DNA of 57,196 nucleotides, the filler included, from Dugesia japonica (taxonomy: Eukaryota): assembly GCA_001938525.1 (NCBI GenBank). It is 4 parts of 4 records of this genome, joined end to end, with 100 filler letters (N's around TTAATTAATTAA, not from the genome) between each part and the next. Parts side by side here need not be neighbours in the genome. Positions count along the whole stretch, not along the records: positions 1 to 20,692 come from MQRL01631591.1; positions 20,793 to 30,168 come from MQRL01583487.1; 2 more parts are not named here. One strand, given 5' to 3'. Under the pieces are notes generated by a model. That model was not told the DNA's origin. It searched no databases and was given only the letters and a program-made list of their open reading frames with translations. Below are positions 15,283-29,259 of the stretch, one piece after another. A program made the translations under genes and the position numbers. Within the stretch, counting starts at the first letter, position 1; each line of letters opens with the position of its first letter.

Positions 15283-15391
15283 TTAAAACATTTGTATCCT
15301 AAAATCATTCTTATTATTTGACACGCAGATTTAGTAATCACGCTAATCAAAAATCTAATTAATAAGACAAAACAGAATTATGTATAACATA

Positions 15392-17520
15392 ACTCTCCTC
15401 TCACAAAACTAAACTAAGCTACTCGATCCTTCTCAGTTTTGTTCCTTCTTGGCCGCTCAATTTGATCTGATGGGGTGATACAAACTTAGTGATTTTGAAA
15501 GGACCATCATATTGGAAATCATTTTTCTTCCGGTTTCGGAGTTCTTTCCTGATCAATACTATGTTTCGGATTTTAAAATTACGTTGACTTCGTTTATCAT
15601 TTTCGAAACTGGCCATTCTTTTTATCAGCAACCTCTAAATTTTTCCTGACGTCCTTTGTAATTTCGGTATCTAGTAGGTTTTGATAATTCTTTCCTGAAT
15701 GTTTGTTTATCTTGTAACCAAATACGATTTCAAAATGCGAGAATTTCGACAAAATTTTTTGAATTGCGTTAATAATAAACTCAACCCTCAGAAGTAACTC
15801 ATGGCAGTTTGTGTGTTCACAACATCCTTTTAAAGAAGTAATGATCATGTCACGAATGGTTCTTATTTCTCTTTTTACCAGATCGTTAGACCAATGTTGG
15901 TATGGAGAACTGAAATTATGTCTGATCATCAAATCTTTCCATCTCTCTTGAAACCACGTGCTCTCAAAATTATTTTTCTCTGTCAGTCAAAATATGTATT
16001 GATCTTCCAAATTTACATATCCAATTTACTGTTCAAAATTATTTTGAAAGTTTATTGACCATCTAACTTAGAAAATGCGTTCAAACTCACCAACTTCCTA
16101 AAACGATCAATGATGGCAACCAAATACTTTTTCTATGAAAGCCACATCTATCACAATCTGTTCATGGAAAAGCGAGCTTCTTTTTGAAATCAATACTTCT
16201 TTTGCACAAATTTGATCTATTTTCTCCTAGTACAAACAATACAAATATGAACAATGATCTTTTAAATAATTGAAAATCTAAATGAATATTTGTTACGGAC
16301 TCTTGTACAAATTTTTATGGTAATAAAATAATATTTTCATCATCTCTTCTTAAAACTAGCAAATCTTTCACTACATTAAGACTGTTTCTCCTGGAAAACA
16401 GAATAGTCTTTTATAAAAGTTCTGACAACTCATCATTTTCTCCTGTTAAAATTCCCTGAACACATTAATAACTGGATCTAAGTTCTGTTCCCAATGTATT
16501 CTCTCCAACTGACCAATATCTTCATGTACCACGTTAATATNNNNNNNNNNNNNNNNNNNTATCACCGTGATTTGTCTGGTACTGCCCATGTGTAATATCA
16601 GAAATCATCGACAACTCAGCAGCATTACCATGCTCATCGCCTTTTTTGTACTTCAACTCAAAGTTGAATTCAGATTATTTCGCTAACCATGTCTGAAATT
16701 GAGAACTTACCGGAATCTTCTAAGTATTCATAAAAACTAAGGCTTTGTGATTTGTGCATTTTCCATAGAGATATTGTTAAAAATTTAAAACAAATTCGTA
16801 TAAGGCTATCAACTCCTTTCTTGTTACANNNNNNNNNNNNNNNNNNNNNNNNNNNNNNNNNNNNNNNNNNNNNNNNNNNNNNNNNNNNNNNNNNNNNNNN
16901 NNNNNNNGACATTAATTTAGTACTCCTCCAATGGTATCAAAACAAGCATGTGTATCAAGCACAAAACTCGACTCTTCCTAGGAATATCTAATATTGGCGC
17001 ATTGTATAATCTTCCTTTATATTTTGAAAACTTTATTGACACCGATCGATCCATTGTAAACCCTATCACTGTCTGAAATGGCAACATATAATGGTGCTGC
17101 AAGTTGTGCATATCCGTAAATAAATCTTCGATAATAATTTGTTAATCACAAGGAAGAACGCAAATAAGAGGTTCTGCTTTTAAAGTTTCTTCAATTTTCT
17201 TTTTATTCGTTCTTACTCCATCGGCACTCACTGTGTGTTGTTGATGAAATTTACATTTCTCCGGCTTTACATTCAAACCAGCACTACTAATACGTTGGAA
17301 AATTTCCTCCAATATATTGCCGTGTTTCTTTTCCCTAGGGCTATAAATCATAATATCATCAAGATAAACCAGTACACCGTTGAAAAGAAGGCCTTCTAAT
17401 AATTCATGCATTAATTTCTGAAATGTTTCTGATGATGTTGCTAATCAAAAAGGCAAACGATTGAAAAGCATATGATTGAAACCACACTGGCCTTTTTTAA
17501 TACTATAAGCTGAAACCAAT
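15392..17520 (-). mobile_element. Degenerate Ty3/Gypsy pol (RT, RNase H, integrase) fragment
   Basis: YLDDIMIYS (17142-17411). Integrase SSPYQHWSN and SHFEIVFG. GPY/F motif YDGPFKI. Purine tract near 15393-15403. Confidence 0.85.
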
Positions 17521-18567
17521 CTTGACTTTTCTGACACAAATCTATTGTTGAAAAATATTTATTTGTAATTTCATAAATTTTTAAATAAACAATCATTCGC
17601 TACAAAAATAATTAAATTAATCTTTAACTACACATAATTCTTTTACCAACACTTGAATTTAATTTACTTCAATTTCTTGATTAATTTGTGACTTCAATTT
17701 TAAAATAAAAAATTTCAACAAAACAATCTCCAATCAAAGCACAAAACTTTCAATTCGCTTTTCAAAACTCCTTCACAACATTAGTATATTNTTAATATAT
17801 TATATTAATATATTAAATTTATATTTTATATTTTAAGGTATACCAACTTTACAGAATATATTTAAATTTATTTGATACCATGAAATTTTCAAATTTGTTT
17901 CGTTTAATTTTTCTCGTTATTTCAAATTCTAAAATAAAGTATTACCTCTATGAATCTATAAATATTTATCTTTAAAATCTTTAAAGATATTATTACATTA
18001 ATTAAATATTCGTTATGATATGCAATCTTGATCAAGTAATAAGAATATTTAAAGTAAATAGAAAATTGTTAATAAACAACGAAGTAAAAGTTTATTAAAA
18101 TGCACATATTGAATTATTGTGTCAAGTAAATGACAATTATTATTTTCAATTGTAATTTTATATCCGCATTAAAATTTCTTAATGATTTAAAGGATGTCAA
18201 TAAACATCAATAAATAATTATTTTATATACAGGCACGTTATTTTATAAAACGTAATAAAATTAAAATAATTATCAAATATTTGATAGATCATTAATTGAA
18301 ATATAGTGAATAATGTTCACATTAATTACAAACCTGTCCCTTTTATCTGTTGACTTGAAATAATCAATATATATTTAGTTGAAAGCTATAAATATAATAT
18401 TACCGATTTTCTTAGACAATAGTAATTTGACTGGCATTAATAATCCNNNNNNNNNNNNNNNNNNNNNNNNNNNNNNTATTAGTTTGTATGAAAGCAACAA
18501 AACCCTGTAATACTCATTATAATTTATGGACTATTTGACCTTGTATTGTGATGCCACTACTCTAGTA

Positions 18568-18990
18568 CAGGGGTCTCAAACACACGACCCGCAATGCTTC
18601 ATTGTGACTGTCAAAAGATTACTTGTTTAATTATCTTTGCTCTGTAAATTTTAAAGATAACTACAGAATCTAATTTTAAATGAGGCTTTAGTTTATATAT
18701 ATTTTCATAATTATTTTTATTTCTCAATAAATTCAAAATGATGAAATATTTTAGAAAATACAGTAAATTTTAATAAATTCGTTATAAATTATCTTTGAAA
18801 GATTTAACTAACAAATGTCATTTAATATAATTATATTATATTATAATACGGTTTATTAGTAATACTATTACTAATAGTGTTGTATACAGTGAAACAAATT
18901 GTTACAGTGAGTTACAGTATTATTTCGCCCCGCTAACTAACGAATTTGGTCTAATGCGGCCCGAGAGATCATTTTAGTTTGATGTTCCTG
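18568..18990. mobile_element. hAT/Charlie-type MITE
   Basis: Ends CAGGGGTCTCAAAC / GTTTGATGTTCCTG. Subterminal GCGGCCC-like motifs. 8-bp TSD CTCTAGTA / CTTTAGTA. Confidence 0.8.
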
Positions 18991-20282
18991 CTTTAGTAAT
19001 GATGAAATTTGTTGACTACTGAAAAGTTAATCTCAATTCGAATTATCAGGAAAACTAGATAAAAATTTGAACAAAATAATTGCTACGTCTATTAAGATAA
19101 TAGCATAAAACCATAAAATACTTATATTCTGAAGTGTATTATATTCTTTTTTCATCAATGATTGGAAGCATCTATCTTCCTTGCTTCATACTTCACTTGT
19201 CTTTTTGAAAAAATCACTTTTCCGGAAATCTCTGATTATATCTGAGTAGCTGTTGATTTTTGAAAGTTTTACTTGATGAAATACAAGTGAACTGTAAAGT
19301 CAAGAGTGAATTAAGAAAATAAATACAGCCTTTTATCACATATGAAACCATTATGTTTTTTCGCTCGAGCAATTAATATCCAACGATAATATTTATTAGC
19401 TTTAAATGTAAAACTATAATATGAAAAATTCAAGTTTTAATAGTAATAGGATGCTAGCACACTGCCTCACCAATCCCCCGTGTGCAAAGAGTAAGTTATG
19501 AATTCCAATGTATAAAGGTGATGAGTAAATTGTTTAAGTGATTAAATAACTTTGGCTCGTACTGTTTGTGTGCAAAATTGGAATTTTTTCGATTTTTTCA
19601 ACTTTTGAAATGTTTAACGAATTTTTTCGAAATTTTAAATTTTGCGCCAATTTTTTATTTTAAATTTATTTTATAATTATTTACATTTATATAGGGATTT
19701 TTTCCTTGTTTATATTTTCTTATTTAATTTATAGTAAGCAGAAGATTTTTAAATTTCATGAAAAAATTTATAAATAGCAAATAATAATTATAAATTATAA
19801 ATAAGAAATAGTAATTATAAATACATAAACACAACATATAACACATAAGTAGGTAGATAGTAGCGCACTGTACCACCCTTCCCCCATTCAATGTCAGTGA
19901 TCTAGTATACTTGATTCTCATTGGACAGTGATATAGTATACTTGATTCTGATTGGTCGAAATTTTTCATTACTTCATAGGTTTTATATTTTATTTTTTGA
20001 AATAAATTTCAATTTTCTTAGGTTNNNNNNNNNNNNNNNNNNNNNNNNNNNNNNNNNNNNNNNNNNNNNNNNNNNNNNNNNNNNNNNNNNNNNNNNNNNN
20101 NNNNNNNNNNNNNNNNNNNNNNNNNNNNNNNNNNNNNNNNNNNNNNNNNNTTAAGAATTTTATTTAAAAATTAGGAATTTTATTTAAAAATTAAGAATTA
20201 TAGCCGTCTTATATTCAGTTTAATCGCATTAAACTTTGTTTGAATAATTCAGACTGAATAAACTCATTTTTGTTTTCATTTT

Positions 20283-20323
20283 TTGTCTGATGATGACGGT
20301 TGATCCGTCGAAATATTTAACAA
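20283..20323 (+). ncRNA. Minimal type-I hammerhead ribozyme in a Penelope-like pLTR
   Basis: TTGT-CTGATGA-T-GACGG ttgat CCGTC-GAAA-TATT-TA-ACAA. Both core boxes, stem II and stem I (TTGT/ACAA) are present, overlapping AATAAA. Confidence 0.65.
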
Positions 20324-20692
20324 TAAAGTTTTATTTTAAATGGCGTTACTTATTTTTTATTAAACATTTGCCATCGTATTTTGCAAATTAAAGTAAATTA
20401 AACAAAATTTTTGAACAAAAATTATGAATAGTTTAAAGATTATTTAAAATATTTTTATACACAATTTATTGTAGATTTTTAGAAATGACAATGTTTCAAT
20501 TTTTTTAATTATTTTTTTTGTTTAAACGANCAGATAGGAAATTAAAAGGTAAGATAGTACTGTCTCATGAACTTGTATCGTAAAATAATTCCTTCCCTAT
20601 TAAAATCGCGATTAAAGATCCAATAGGTAGATAGTAGCGCACTAGAACACCCCCTCCCCTCCCACCCTTAGACAAAGAACTTTTAGAACAAA

Positions 20693-20792
20693 NNNNNNNN
20701 NNNNNNNNNNNNNNNNNNNNNNNNNNNNNNNNNNNNTTAATTAATTAANNNNNNNNNNNNNNNNNNNNNNNNNNNNNNNNNNNNNNNNNNNN
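20693..20792. other. Artificial scaffold linker (N44-TTAATTAATTAA-N44)
   Basis: The same 100-nt construct, with stops in all six frames, occurs three times in the window. Confidence 0.95.
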
Positions 20793-20819
20793 CTCTCTCT
20801 CTCTCTCAATAATTATTAT

Positions 20820-21450
20820 ATCCACTGCATAAAATTTTAAAATCAGAAAACCCTATCGAAATTATAAATTTTCTTCGATTTTCAAAAATATTACTATTTC
20901 GACTCTGCTTTTGTACTCTTGCAGAGATGACGAGATGTCATATGGTGTTACACACATTACATTTAAATTGATGAACTAGATCAGAGCACAAGCCTAAAGG
21001 TGTTATAGATTTCTTATTGAACATATTTACAACCTTATGAGATTGAAATACAACTTTTATATTTGAAATATTCTTAAGAGCATTTTCAATTGAAAGTTTG
21101 AATTTTTTAAAGCCTTCAGAAAATAGTAATGACAAAAATAACTTTCGGATTTATTTCTACAACCTCACTTTCTGTAACCTCATACATCGACACAGGACAA
21201 ATCACTATTAAGTTTATTCAAAGTTTCATAAACTAATTTGTCCACAAACAATTATTAATACTTATTATTATGAAGTAAGTCAATTAGAATTTTGTCTGCT
21301 TTGATAAAAGTAGAATAGAGAAACCAAGAACGATGAATTAGTCTTTTATCATATTACTTATATATTTAATATCATAAAAACCAACCGGTATCAGCTTTCT
21401 TTCTATATATTTCTGTTTTTTAGGAAGTTCTGTTTCTTTCGTTTAATAAG
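20820..21450 (-). mobile_element. Penelope-like element remnant (RT C-terminus and GIY-YIG endonuclease)
   Basis: YRKKADTG and KRLIHRS (RT thumb). KSITPLGLCSDLVHQFKCNVCN...SRHL matches the linker and start of the PLE GIY-YIG domain. Confidence 0.7.
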
Positions 21451-21776
21451 CATATCAAGAATAGTGAATAGTTGAATTGCTCTCTTTTTTAACCGTAACG
21501 CCTATATTTAGATACAAGTTATTCATATACTCCAAAATCAAATGTACTTGGGAGCGATTTTCAAAAACAAATATATAAATATATATAAAATATACAAAAT
21601 ATAGCAAAATATAGTACAATAGGTCGAAATGCGTATAATAATAATACGTAAAATAAGTATTATAATAATATGTGTAATAATAGGGAAAATGCACCAAACA
21701 TTATTATTATTATTATGTAAAAAACTATGGTAAATGTTTAATATAAAATAAGTATAGCCATTTAAAAAAAACTTTA

Positions 21777-21817
21777 TTGTTACATATTTTGACGGATCAT
21801 CCGTCATCATCAGACAA
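21777..21817 (-). ncRNA. Second hammerhead copy (core GAAA mutated to AAAA), in an inverted pLTR copy
   Basis: Minus strand reads TTGT-CTGATGA-T-GACGGA tga TCCGTC-AAAA-TAT-GTA-ACAA-TAAA. Flank 21760-21905 is homologous to the inverse of 20190-20345. Confidence 0.55.
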
Positions 21818-22239
21818 ATGCAAAAATGAGTTTATTCAGACTATATTATTTAAACAAAGATATAAGCAATTATACTGAATATAAGATGCGTAAAATTCTT
21901 AATTTTTTAAATTTAACAATTTTTCAATAAAACATTTTTTCTCTATAATAATATTTTATTAAAATTACTGTTTTATACCTATAAAATCCATGTTGTTTTT
22001 CAAAAATAAATAAAAGTTTTTAATTTGAAATTATAAATAAATTTTTTCAAAACATATAAATAATAAAAAATTGAAAATTATTTTAGAAACTACAATACAA
22101 AACCTATAAAAAACATGAAAATATATTAAAATTTCAAAAATTGAAACATTGTTTTTATATCTAAAATATTTATAAAAGTTTTAATCAATTTAGTCGAAAG
22201 AGCTGTTTGAACTGCTTGATTATTAATTTTAATTCACTT

Positions 22240-24431
22240 GTGTCTCGTTTAACCAATTTTTATGCATTTTTCTCATCATTACACGTTAGCTCCTTTGATT
22301 GTGTTTTACGTTGATCGGCATGTTGTGCCATATTTTACCATATTTCGTATATTTTACCCTGTTTTCACCTATTTTACTCTATTTTTCCGTATTTTCTTTA
22401 TATTTATGTAATAAGTTTCGAATGTTAACAATAACAATTAGTTTATTTTATAGTATAAAGGAGACTTCATCACAGAATATATAAGGGTCATAACAGATAA
22501 TAATGTTATGTTTAAATTATATGTATCCTTTTCAATAAAATCTATATCATTCATCATTATTTATCTGCATCTCAGCTTGCTTCTCTGGTTGTTTCTTTTA
22601 CCTCGGTTTCATCGGTTCCATTTTTATTTAGATAACCAGATAGCTAATAATCAGTTACATTGTTATTAAAATCAATTTTTTGGCTATAATTTATACATTA
22701 TTATAAGGTTTTGTTATTGAAAATATAAGTTTCAACATTGGAATATAATAGTTCATTGTTGAAAGTACTAGCCTTATCATTGAAAAACTATGAACTTATC
22801 ATGGAAAATGTGAGTTTTATTATTGGAAATATGGGTTTGGAAATAGAAATTACTAGAGTAAATCTACTAACTAATTACATTAAATTCATTCTATACATAC
22901 AGTTATTTAATATGTTTAATTTATACACTTTTTGTCATGTTTCCTCTATTTTCTTCTATTTTCACTATTTTCCCCATTTTTCATATTTCCGCTCAAATTT
23001 TCTCGTATATTTTATATCTATATTTTCCCATATTTTTCTCTTTTTCTATGAGGTCATAATGCATATTTTCGCTCTTAGTATAGAATTGTTATATGATTCT
23101 TCATTGACCTTAATTTATTAATCTTTAAAGTGTGACATATAATGATAAAAGGAGGCATTGAGACTGGGTTAAAACTGGTAGAACATACTTCTTATTAAAA
23201 ATAATACAACCATTTAGGTAAATTTTAATCAACTATCTGCTCTTCTGTTTCTTTGCTTGCTCATTGGTTTCCTCCGTTTCTTTTCCTTCTACATATCTAA
23301 TTATTAGATATATTGTTAGTAAAATCAATACAGTAATCCCCCGGTTTGCGTTCTGCGAAATTGGCCGTATATCGAATATTCGTATAGAGAACTCAATATT
23401 TGTATGACATTCCATTAAAAATAAATAGATACGTTCCAGTGAATAAAATTATTCGTAAAAGGAGATCTATTTTAGTATAGGTTCGTATTAAAAATAGATA
23501 GATGCATACATAAACCTTGTTCCATGAAACCATACCTATTTTTATAAAACAATATGATAAGGAAAAAATCAAAGAAATTATTTATTTTAAGTTTTCATAC
23601 GTATAACGAATTTTATATTTATAACTCATGTTCGTAATTTCGAAATTTTGTAAAACGAGCTTTCGTAAAGCGGGAGATTACTGTATACAGACTATAACGT
23701 ATACATTATTATTTGGTTTTATATGAAAAAAATCATTGTTTGCCATGTGAATTCTAATATCCATACGGTAAAATAGTCACTTCATCAATGAAATATTTGA
23801 TTCGTCTTACAATATATACGAGTTATCATAGAAAATAATGGTTTCACTGTTGAAAATACACGTATAAAATAACAAAAAATGGTAACTTCATTAAAAATAC
23901 TGCCTTTATCATTGAAAATAATAGACTTATCATAGACAAAATTTGAGTTTTACCAGGGAAATTTTGAATCAGTCATAGAAAATACTTACTAGAATAAATT
24001 TATTCATTAATTACATTAAATTCGTTTTATACATGCAATTATTTTATCCATTTAATATACTAATTTGAACACTTTTTGTCTCTTTTTGTTCATTTGTTTC
24101 TTATTTTATACCATGTTCCCAATTCTTTTGTATTTAGCTATATTTTCTCTATTTTCCCATTATTTTTCCATATTTCTCGCTATTTTTTCTATATTTTTTT
24201 GTAAAGAATTGCCATATGTTTTTACATAGAACATGCTTCATTAATCTTTAGAGTGACATTTAGAGATAAACGACATTAGACTGAGTTAGGACTGGTATGA
24301 CATATTTCATATTTAAAATAATATATCAATTTTCATTATATTATCATCATTTGTTTGTTCTTCTGTATCCTAGCTTACTTATTGGTTTCATCGGTTTCTT
24401 TTCTTTCTAATACCTAATATTCAATTTCATT
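22240..24431. repeat. Diverged ~600-bp tandem repeat (2-3 units)
   Basis: 22720-23330 aligns by eye to 23850-24430, with a partial unit at 22240-22650. Shared blocks include ctaattacattaaattc, gagactgggttaaaactggta and ggtttcatcggtt. Confidence 0.6.
23331..23683. mobile_element. Tigger/pogo-type MITE
   Basis: TIRs CAGTAATCCCCCGGTTTGCG / CGTAAAGCGGGAGATTACTG, with TA duplication on both sides. Confidence 0.85.
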
Positions 24432-27400
24432 NNNNNNNNNNNNNNNNNNNNNNNNNNNNNNNNNNNNNNNNNNNNNNNNNNNNNNNNNNNNNNNNNNNNN
24501 NNNNNNNNNNNNNNNNNNNNNNNNNNNNNNNNNNNNNNNNNNNNNNNNNNNNNNNNNNNNNNNNNNNNNNNNNNNNNNNNNNNNNNNNNNNNNGAAAACA
24601 TGGAAAACATAGATTTTCAATTAATAATATTCAAGTAAGTAATACCTAGTCATTATTTTTATCCAAATCAGGTTTTACTTTTTTTATTTAGTAAGTTTCT
24701 TTGAATTAAGTTAGAAAAATGATAAGTACGAGTAAGAACGGATAAGAACAAGAGGAAGTTAATACATTTGATTATTCAACTCAATAAAATATGTACCAAA
24801 TTCTATAAATTTCCTTAGATTTTATAACATCTCCACTAATCACTCAATTGAACCATTAAATTACGTGAATTATGCTCACAATTTTATGAAAAATTTTAAT
24901 ATGACATCATTTAACAATGACACAAACTATTCGAAAATTGCTTTAAATTTTATGATATTATAATGAAAAAAATTATCCCAATTACATGCATTAAGGTCAA
25001 ATACTAAGAATTATAATCTAGGCATTATGAATAATCTGACAAATGTATTGAAATCAGGTAGGATTTTTCGATTTTATTTAATGTTTCCCTTTTATTTTAA
25101 TTATTAATATTATGTTTAATTTTCACTTAATTTAATTTGCGAAATTTGAATTTCATTGACTTTAATTATGATTGTATTGCTTTACTATCAATTAATTTGC
25201 CGACTTTTACTTAATGATGAATTAAATTTAATATGATTAATTTAATAAATACAATTAATTTATTAAAATTTTTAATGTTTTGAATTTTAATTTTATATGA
25301 TGACGTATAAATGTATGTGTTGACTATGAATTTTAAACTTCTTCAGGGAGCGACTAATATTAATCACTTGTTTTTCATTTATTTTAATAGGAATAAGGTT
25401 TGATCATTTTTAACCCTATTATTCTTGCTCGTCGTAAAATTCTTTATCTAAAGGATACTTTGATGGTAAAAATCGGGTATAAAAAANTTTGGGTTCAAAT
25501 CCACTGATTGACCATTTATATTGCACTTGTTTTTCAATTTATTACATTGATAATAAATATTGATAGTTTTTATCCATATTAATATTGATCATTGAAAAAC
25601 TTTTTTAGGATAGATGATTCCGTGGTAAGAACCTTTCTTTTACAGCTAATCAGTGCTGGGTACGAATCCAGTGCTTAGTTTGTTTTTTAATTTTATTTCA
25701 TCAAGGATCAAATATTGGTGATTTTTAACCATGTTTTTCATACTCATCGTAAAATACTTTATTGAATGATACCTATTGCCATAAATTTGGAGACACTTTT
25801 TTATTTTTTCGAAAAAGTCACCAAATCTAGGAGAACAGCTGTATATCTTCGTTTATAAGCATTTTTGCTGAGACGATATTATAAGTTTTTCTAGTCACTT
25901 TTTACTCCTGAGTTAAATGATACCAAATTTGAAGCCATATTGGTTATGAAAACCGATGAAAACTTGAAAATAATTCACTTTACTAGAAAAAATACGAGTA
26001 AAAGTTATGTAATTGAACATAAATTTGTTCACCGATAAAAAAGCTTGAAAAATTCTCAATCACTTACATTATAATTTTCACACACCGCAGTGGAGGTGAT
26101 CTTGTAAACCTCTATCTGCATACTACTTATTTATTATTCAAACTTTAGATCTCTACNTGTCATTCACGTTCGTTTTTACCAAGCCACTATACTTACATTA
26201 GTAAAGTAAATGAATAAATGGTAGATATTAAAGAGACTAATTAATTCACAAAAAAAGAATGTTGAATAAAATCTCTTAAGTTTTCTCAGATTTCTATGCA
26301 GAGGATAACTTTTTTGATTTTTGCAAAATACTACAATCAAGTAAGTGTGATAAATGTTTATCTTAAAGAGATTTACCTACTGATGTATAAATCATGAAGA
26401 TCGGACAAAATATTTATTTGTATAGAAATTTTTATTTTTGTTATCTTTGTTTATGATGCAACTATGAAAGTCTATGATAAAATCAAATTATACAGTGAAC
26501 CATTAGCAAAGTTCAATGAAGCGACTAGCGATTTCTTGTAATATAATTTTTTGATGGTATGTCAATATGAAAGTTTAGTCTTTTACATCACAAAAAAACT
26601 CACTTTGAAATATATCGATCATCGGTGACTAGCACAAGATATTTTATTATCCATGAAATAATTATTATTCTTTTATAATCTGGTAATTTTATGTATTTCT
26701 TTCTCATACAGAAAATAAAAAAAGTATTTACATATAAATGTTTATTTAATAAAATTGAATATTTATGCAAAAACATTAAAACACATTAAATAATATTAAC
26801 AAAAACCGAACAGAACAAAACTTTATAATTAGTAGTTTATTACTTTATCATTGCTTCAAAAACAATAGAAAATATTTCATTATTTTACGACAATAAAATC
26901 GTTTAATTTGCAAGTTAAACTTTGAAATTAAAATTATAAATAATTATACTTTTTGAGTAATTGTTGANATTTTGAAAAAAGTCAATTAATTTCTTATAAT
27001 ATTTTTAATGAGAAAAACTTTATTTTTATTTTTAAAATTGCTGATAAATCCAAACGTTTTGTTTTTGTTGTTTTTTTTTCTAAAAAATTAATAATTAAAG
27101 ACTATTAATCAAAATAAAACTGATTTCCATCAGTTCTATGTGACATCACACACTTGAAAAACAAATAACAGAAATTCAAATGATTTTAATAGAAGTTTTC
27201 CTTCATTCATAATATAATCAAATATAATCTTTGTCTATTAATTATTCCGGTTTTTATGATTGATTTTTTTAATGGATGAAACATTCATTTGAAAAAAAAG
27301 ATATTTTCAGGTTGACATTTTCAAAAGATATTGGAAAATGNNNNNNNNNNNNNNNNNNNNNNNNNNNNNNNNNNNNNNNNNNNNNNNNNNNNNNNNNNNN

Positions 27401-28040
27401 NNNNNNNNNNNNNNNNNNNNNNNNNNNNNNNNNNNNNNNNNNNNNNNNNNNNNAATTTAAAATAATTTCAAATAAGTAATAATTTATTGAATAGATTAAA
27501 AATTTAAATTAATTGATGAAGTTAAAATTTAAAAGTTAAATGTTTTTTATTTTAAAAATTAAAAAGATTTTTAAAAAATTAATGTTACATTCACAATGTA
27601 AATAAAAAATTTCCGATACAAAATATTATTAAATAAAGTATACAATGTAAATTTATCTTAAAATAATATTTAAATTATTTTAATAAATTGAAAATATTCT
27701 TGAAAATTTTATTTTTTTTCAAAAACTTAAATTGTAAAAAAATTTCTGTTTTTTAGTAACATTTTACATAAAATGTTGTAATAAAATATTAATAATAACA
27801 AGACGATAAAGGAAATTATCTTGGCAAACTTTTCAAGTAAGAAAAATAATATTTTAAAAGTAATTAGATGAAAACTAATTTTCTAAAATAAAAATCTAAA
27901 TTTTGAAGGTTTAATATAAAATATTATTTGAAAATTAAATATTATTTTATATGTTGACTTTTTCATATATATTTAACAAAATAAATTATTATCTCAAAAA
28001 ACAAATGTCACCAAAACTAAATATTATAATTAATGTATAT

Positions 28041-28042
<2 letters not shown>

Positions 28043-28106
<64 letters not shown>
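28043..28106. repeat. (AAT)n microsatellite
   Basis: Perfect AAT run ending at a gap. Confidence 0.95.
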
Positions 28107-28810
28107 NNNNNNNNNNNNNNNNNNNNNNNNNNNNNNNNNNNNNNNNNNNNNNNNNNNNNNNNNNNNNNNNNNNNNNNNNNNNNNNNNNNNNNNNNNNNNN
28201 NNNNNNNNNNNNNNNNNNNNNNNNNNNNNNNNNNNNNNNNNNNNNNNNNNNNNNNNNNNNNNNNNNNNNNNNNNNNNNNNNNNNTCAATGGATTTTTTCA
28301 AAACTAGAGATGTTGGAATAAAACAAAAGATTAAAAAAATAAGCTCATTGTTAAAAAAATTAATTCTCTACTACATTTTATGTTCAATCTGATAAATAAT
28401 TTGTTTCACGAAGATTTCTTAATCCCATAATATTAGTACCGGATTTAAGTTATGAATTAGGATTAATGTGATTTTTATCTTAAAATGTTTATTCTAATAT
28501 TACAGATGAAAATGATACGGATTTATTTAATATAAATTGTATCGAGAAACCTAAACCTAAAGATATGGAATTATTTTTTTGATTTCAAACCAATTTCATG
28601 TGAAATTAAAACTATTACTGCAAAATATTTAAAAAAATCGGATTAGAAATCAAAAAAAAATTTAAATAATGCACATTTGCATTAAATTATGGTTAAAAAA
28701 CTAGATTTAAAATTTGAATCTCTTTTAAACAAAATTATAGGATCTTCGTCTAAATTTTACAAAATAAGGAAATATACTAGAGAGAAATAGATTAATATAA
28801 TGGTATAACC

Positions 28811-28880
28811 CAGTGGTTCCCAAACCTTTTTGGTTTACAGCGTCCGTAATATATCAAAGTTTTCCACGGCAACCTAAATT
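28811..28880 (+). mobile_element. Isolated hAT/Charlie-type terminus
   Basis: CAGTGGTTCCCAAACCTTTT end motif. No partner TIR found. Confidence 0.5.
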
Positions 28881-29082
28881 CAAATAATGACCTATTATTA
28901 TGCAAGATTTTAAATTTATTTATCTCTCCCAGTTATTCAATCTTCTTCACTTCACTGAGCTTTACTAAGGAAAGCCTAACAAAGCTTCTCAACTTCTTCA
29001 TCGATGATCTATCTCACTCTTGATACTCCATCAAGAGAAACAGTCTTAGGAATCTTTTTGAATACGACCGTTTTATCATTAC

Positions 29083-29144
<62 letters not shown>

Positions 29145-29194
29145 NNNNNNNNNNNNNNNNNNNNNNNNNNNNNNNNNNNNNNNNNNNNNNNNNN

Positions 29195-29256
<62 letters not shown>
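29083..29256. repeat. (TAT)n microsatellite
   Basis: Perfect TAT run spanning a gap. Confidence 0.95.

Positions 29257-29259
<3 letters not shown>

Noticed and set aside
18330-18350. Possible ELAV upstream exon end (IKGTG|gt)
   Set aside because: No TNLIVNYLP-type RRM1 sequence upstream in frame. The first RRM1 exon was not found.
19849-19960. Short repeats (31-bp tandem; TAGGTAGATAGTAGCGCACT recurring at 20624) as a CRISPR-like array
   Set aside because: Only two copies, no spacers, eukaryotic context. Better explained as part of the Penelope terminal repeat.
20737-20748. Palindromic TTAATTAATTAA islands (also 30213-30224 and 45674-45685)
   Set aside because: Each sits centred in exactly 100 nt of N padding. 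It is an assembly linker, so synteny across these points is not evidence.
25800-26700. Faint hAT-like transposase remnants
   Set aside because: Too decayed to support with specific motifs.
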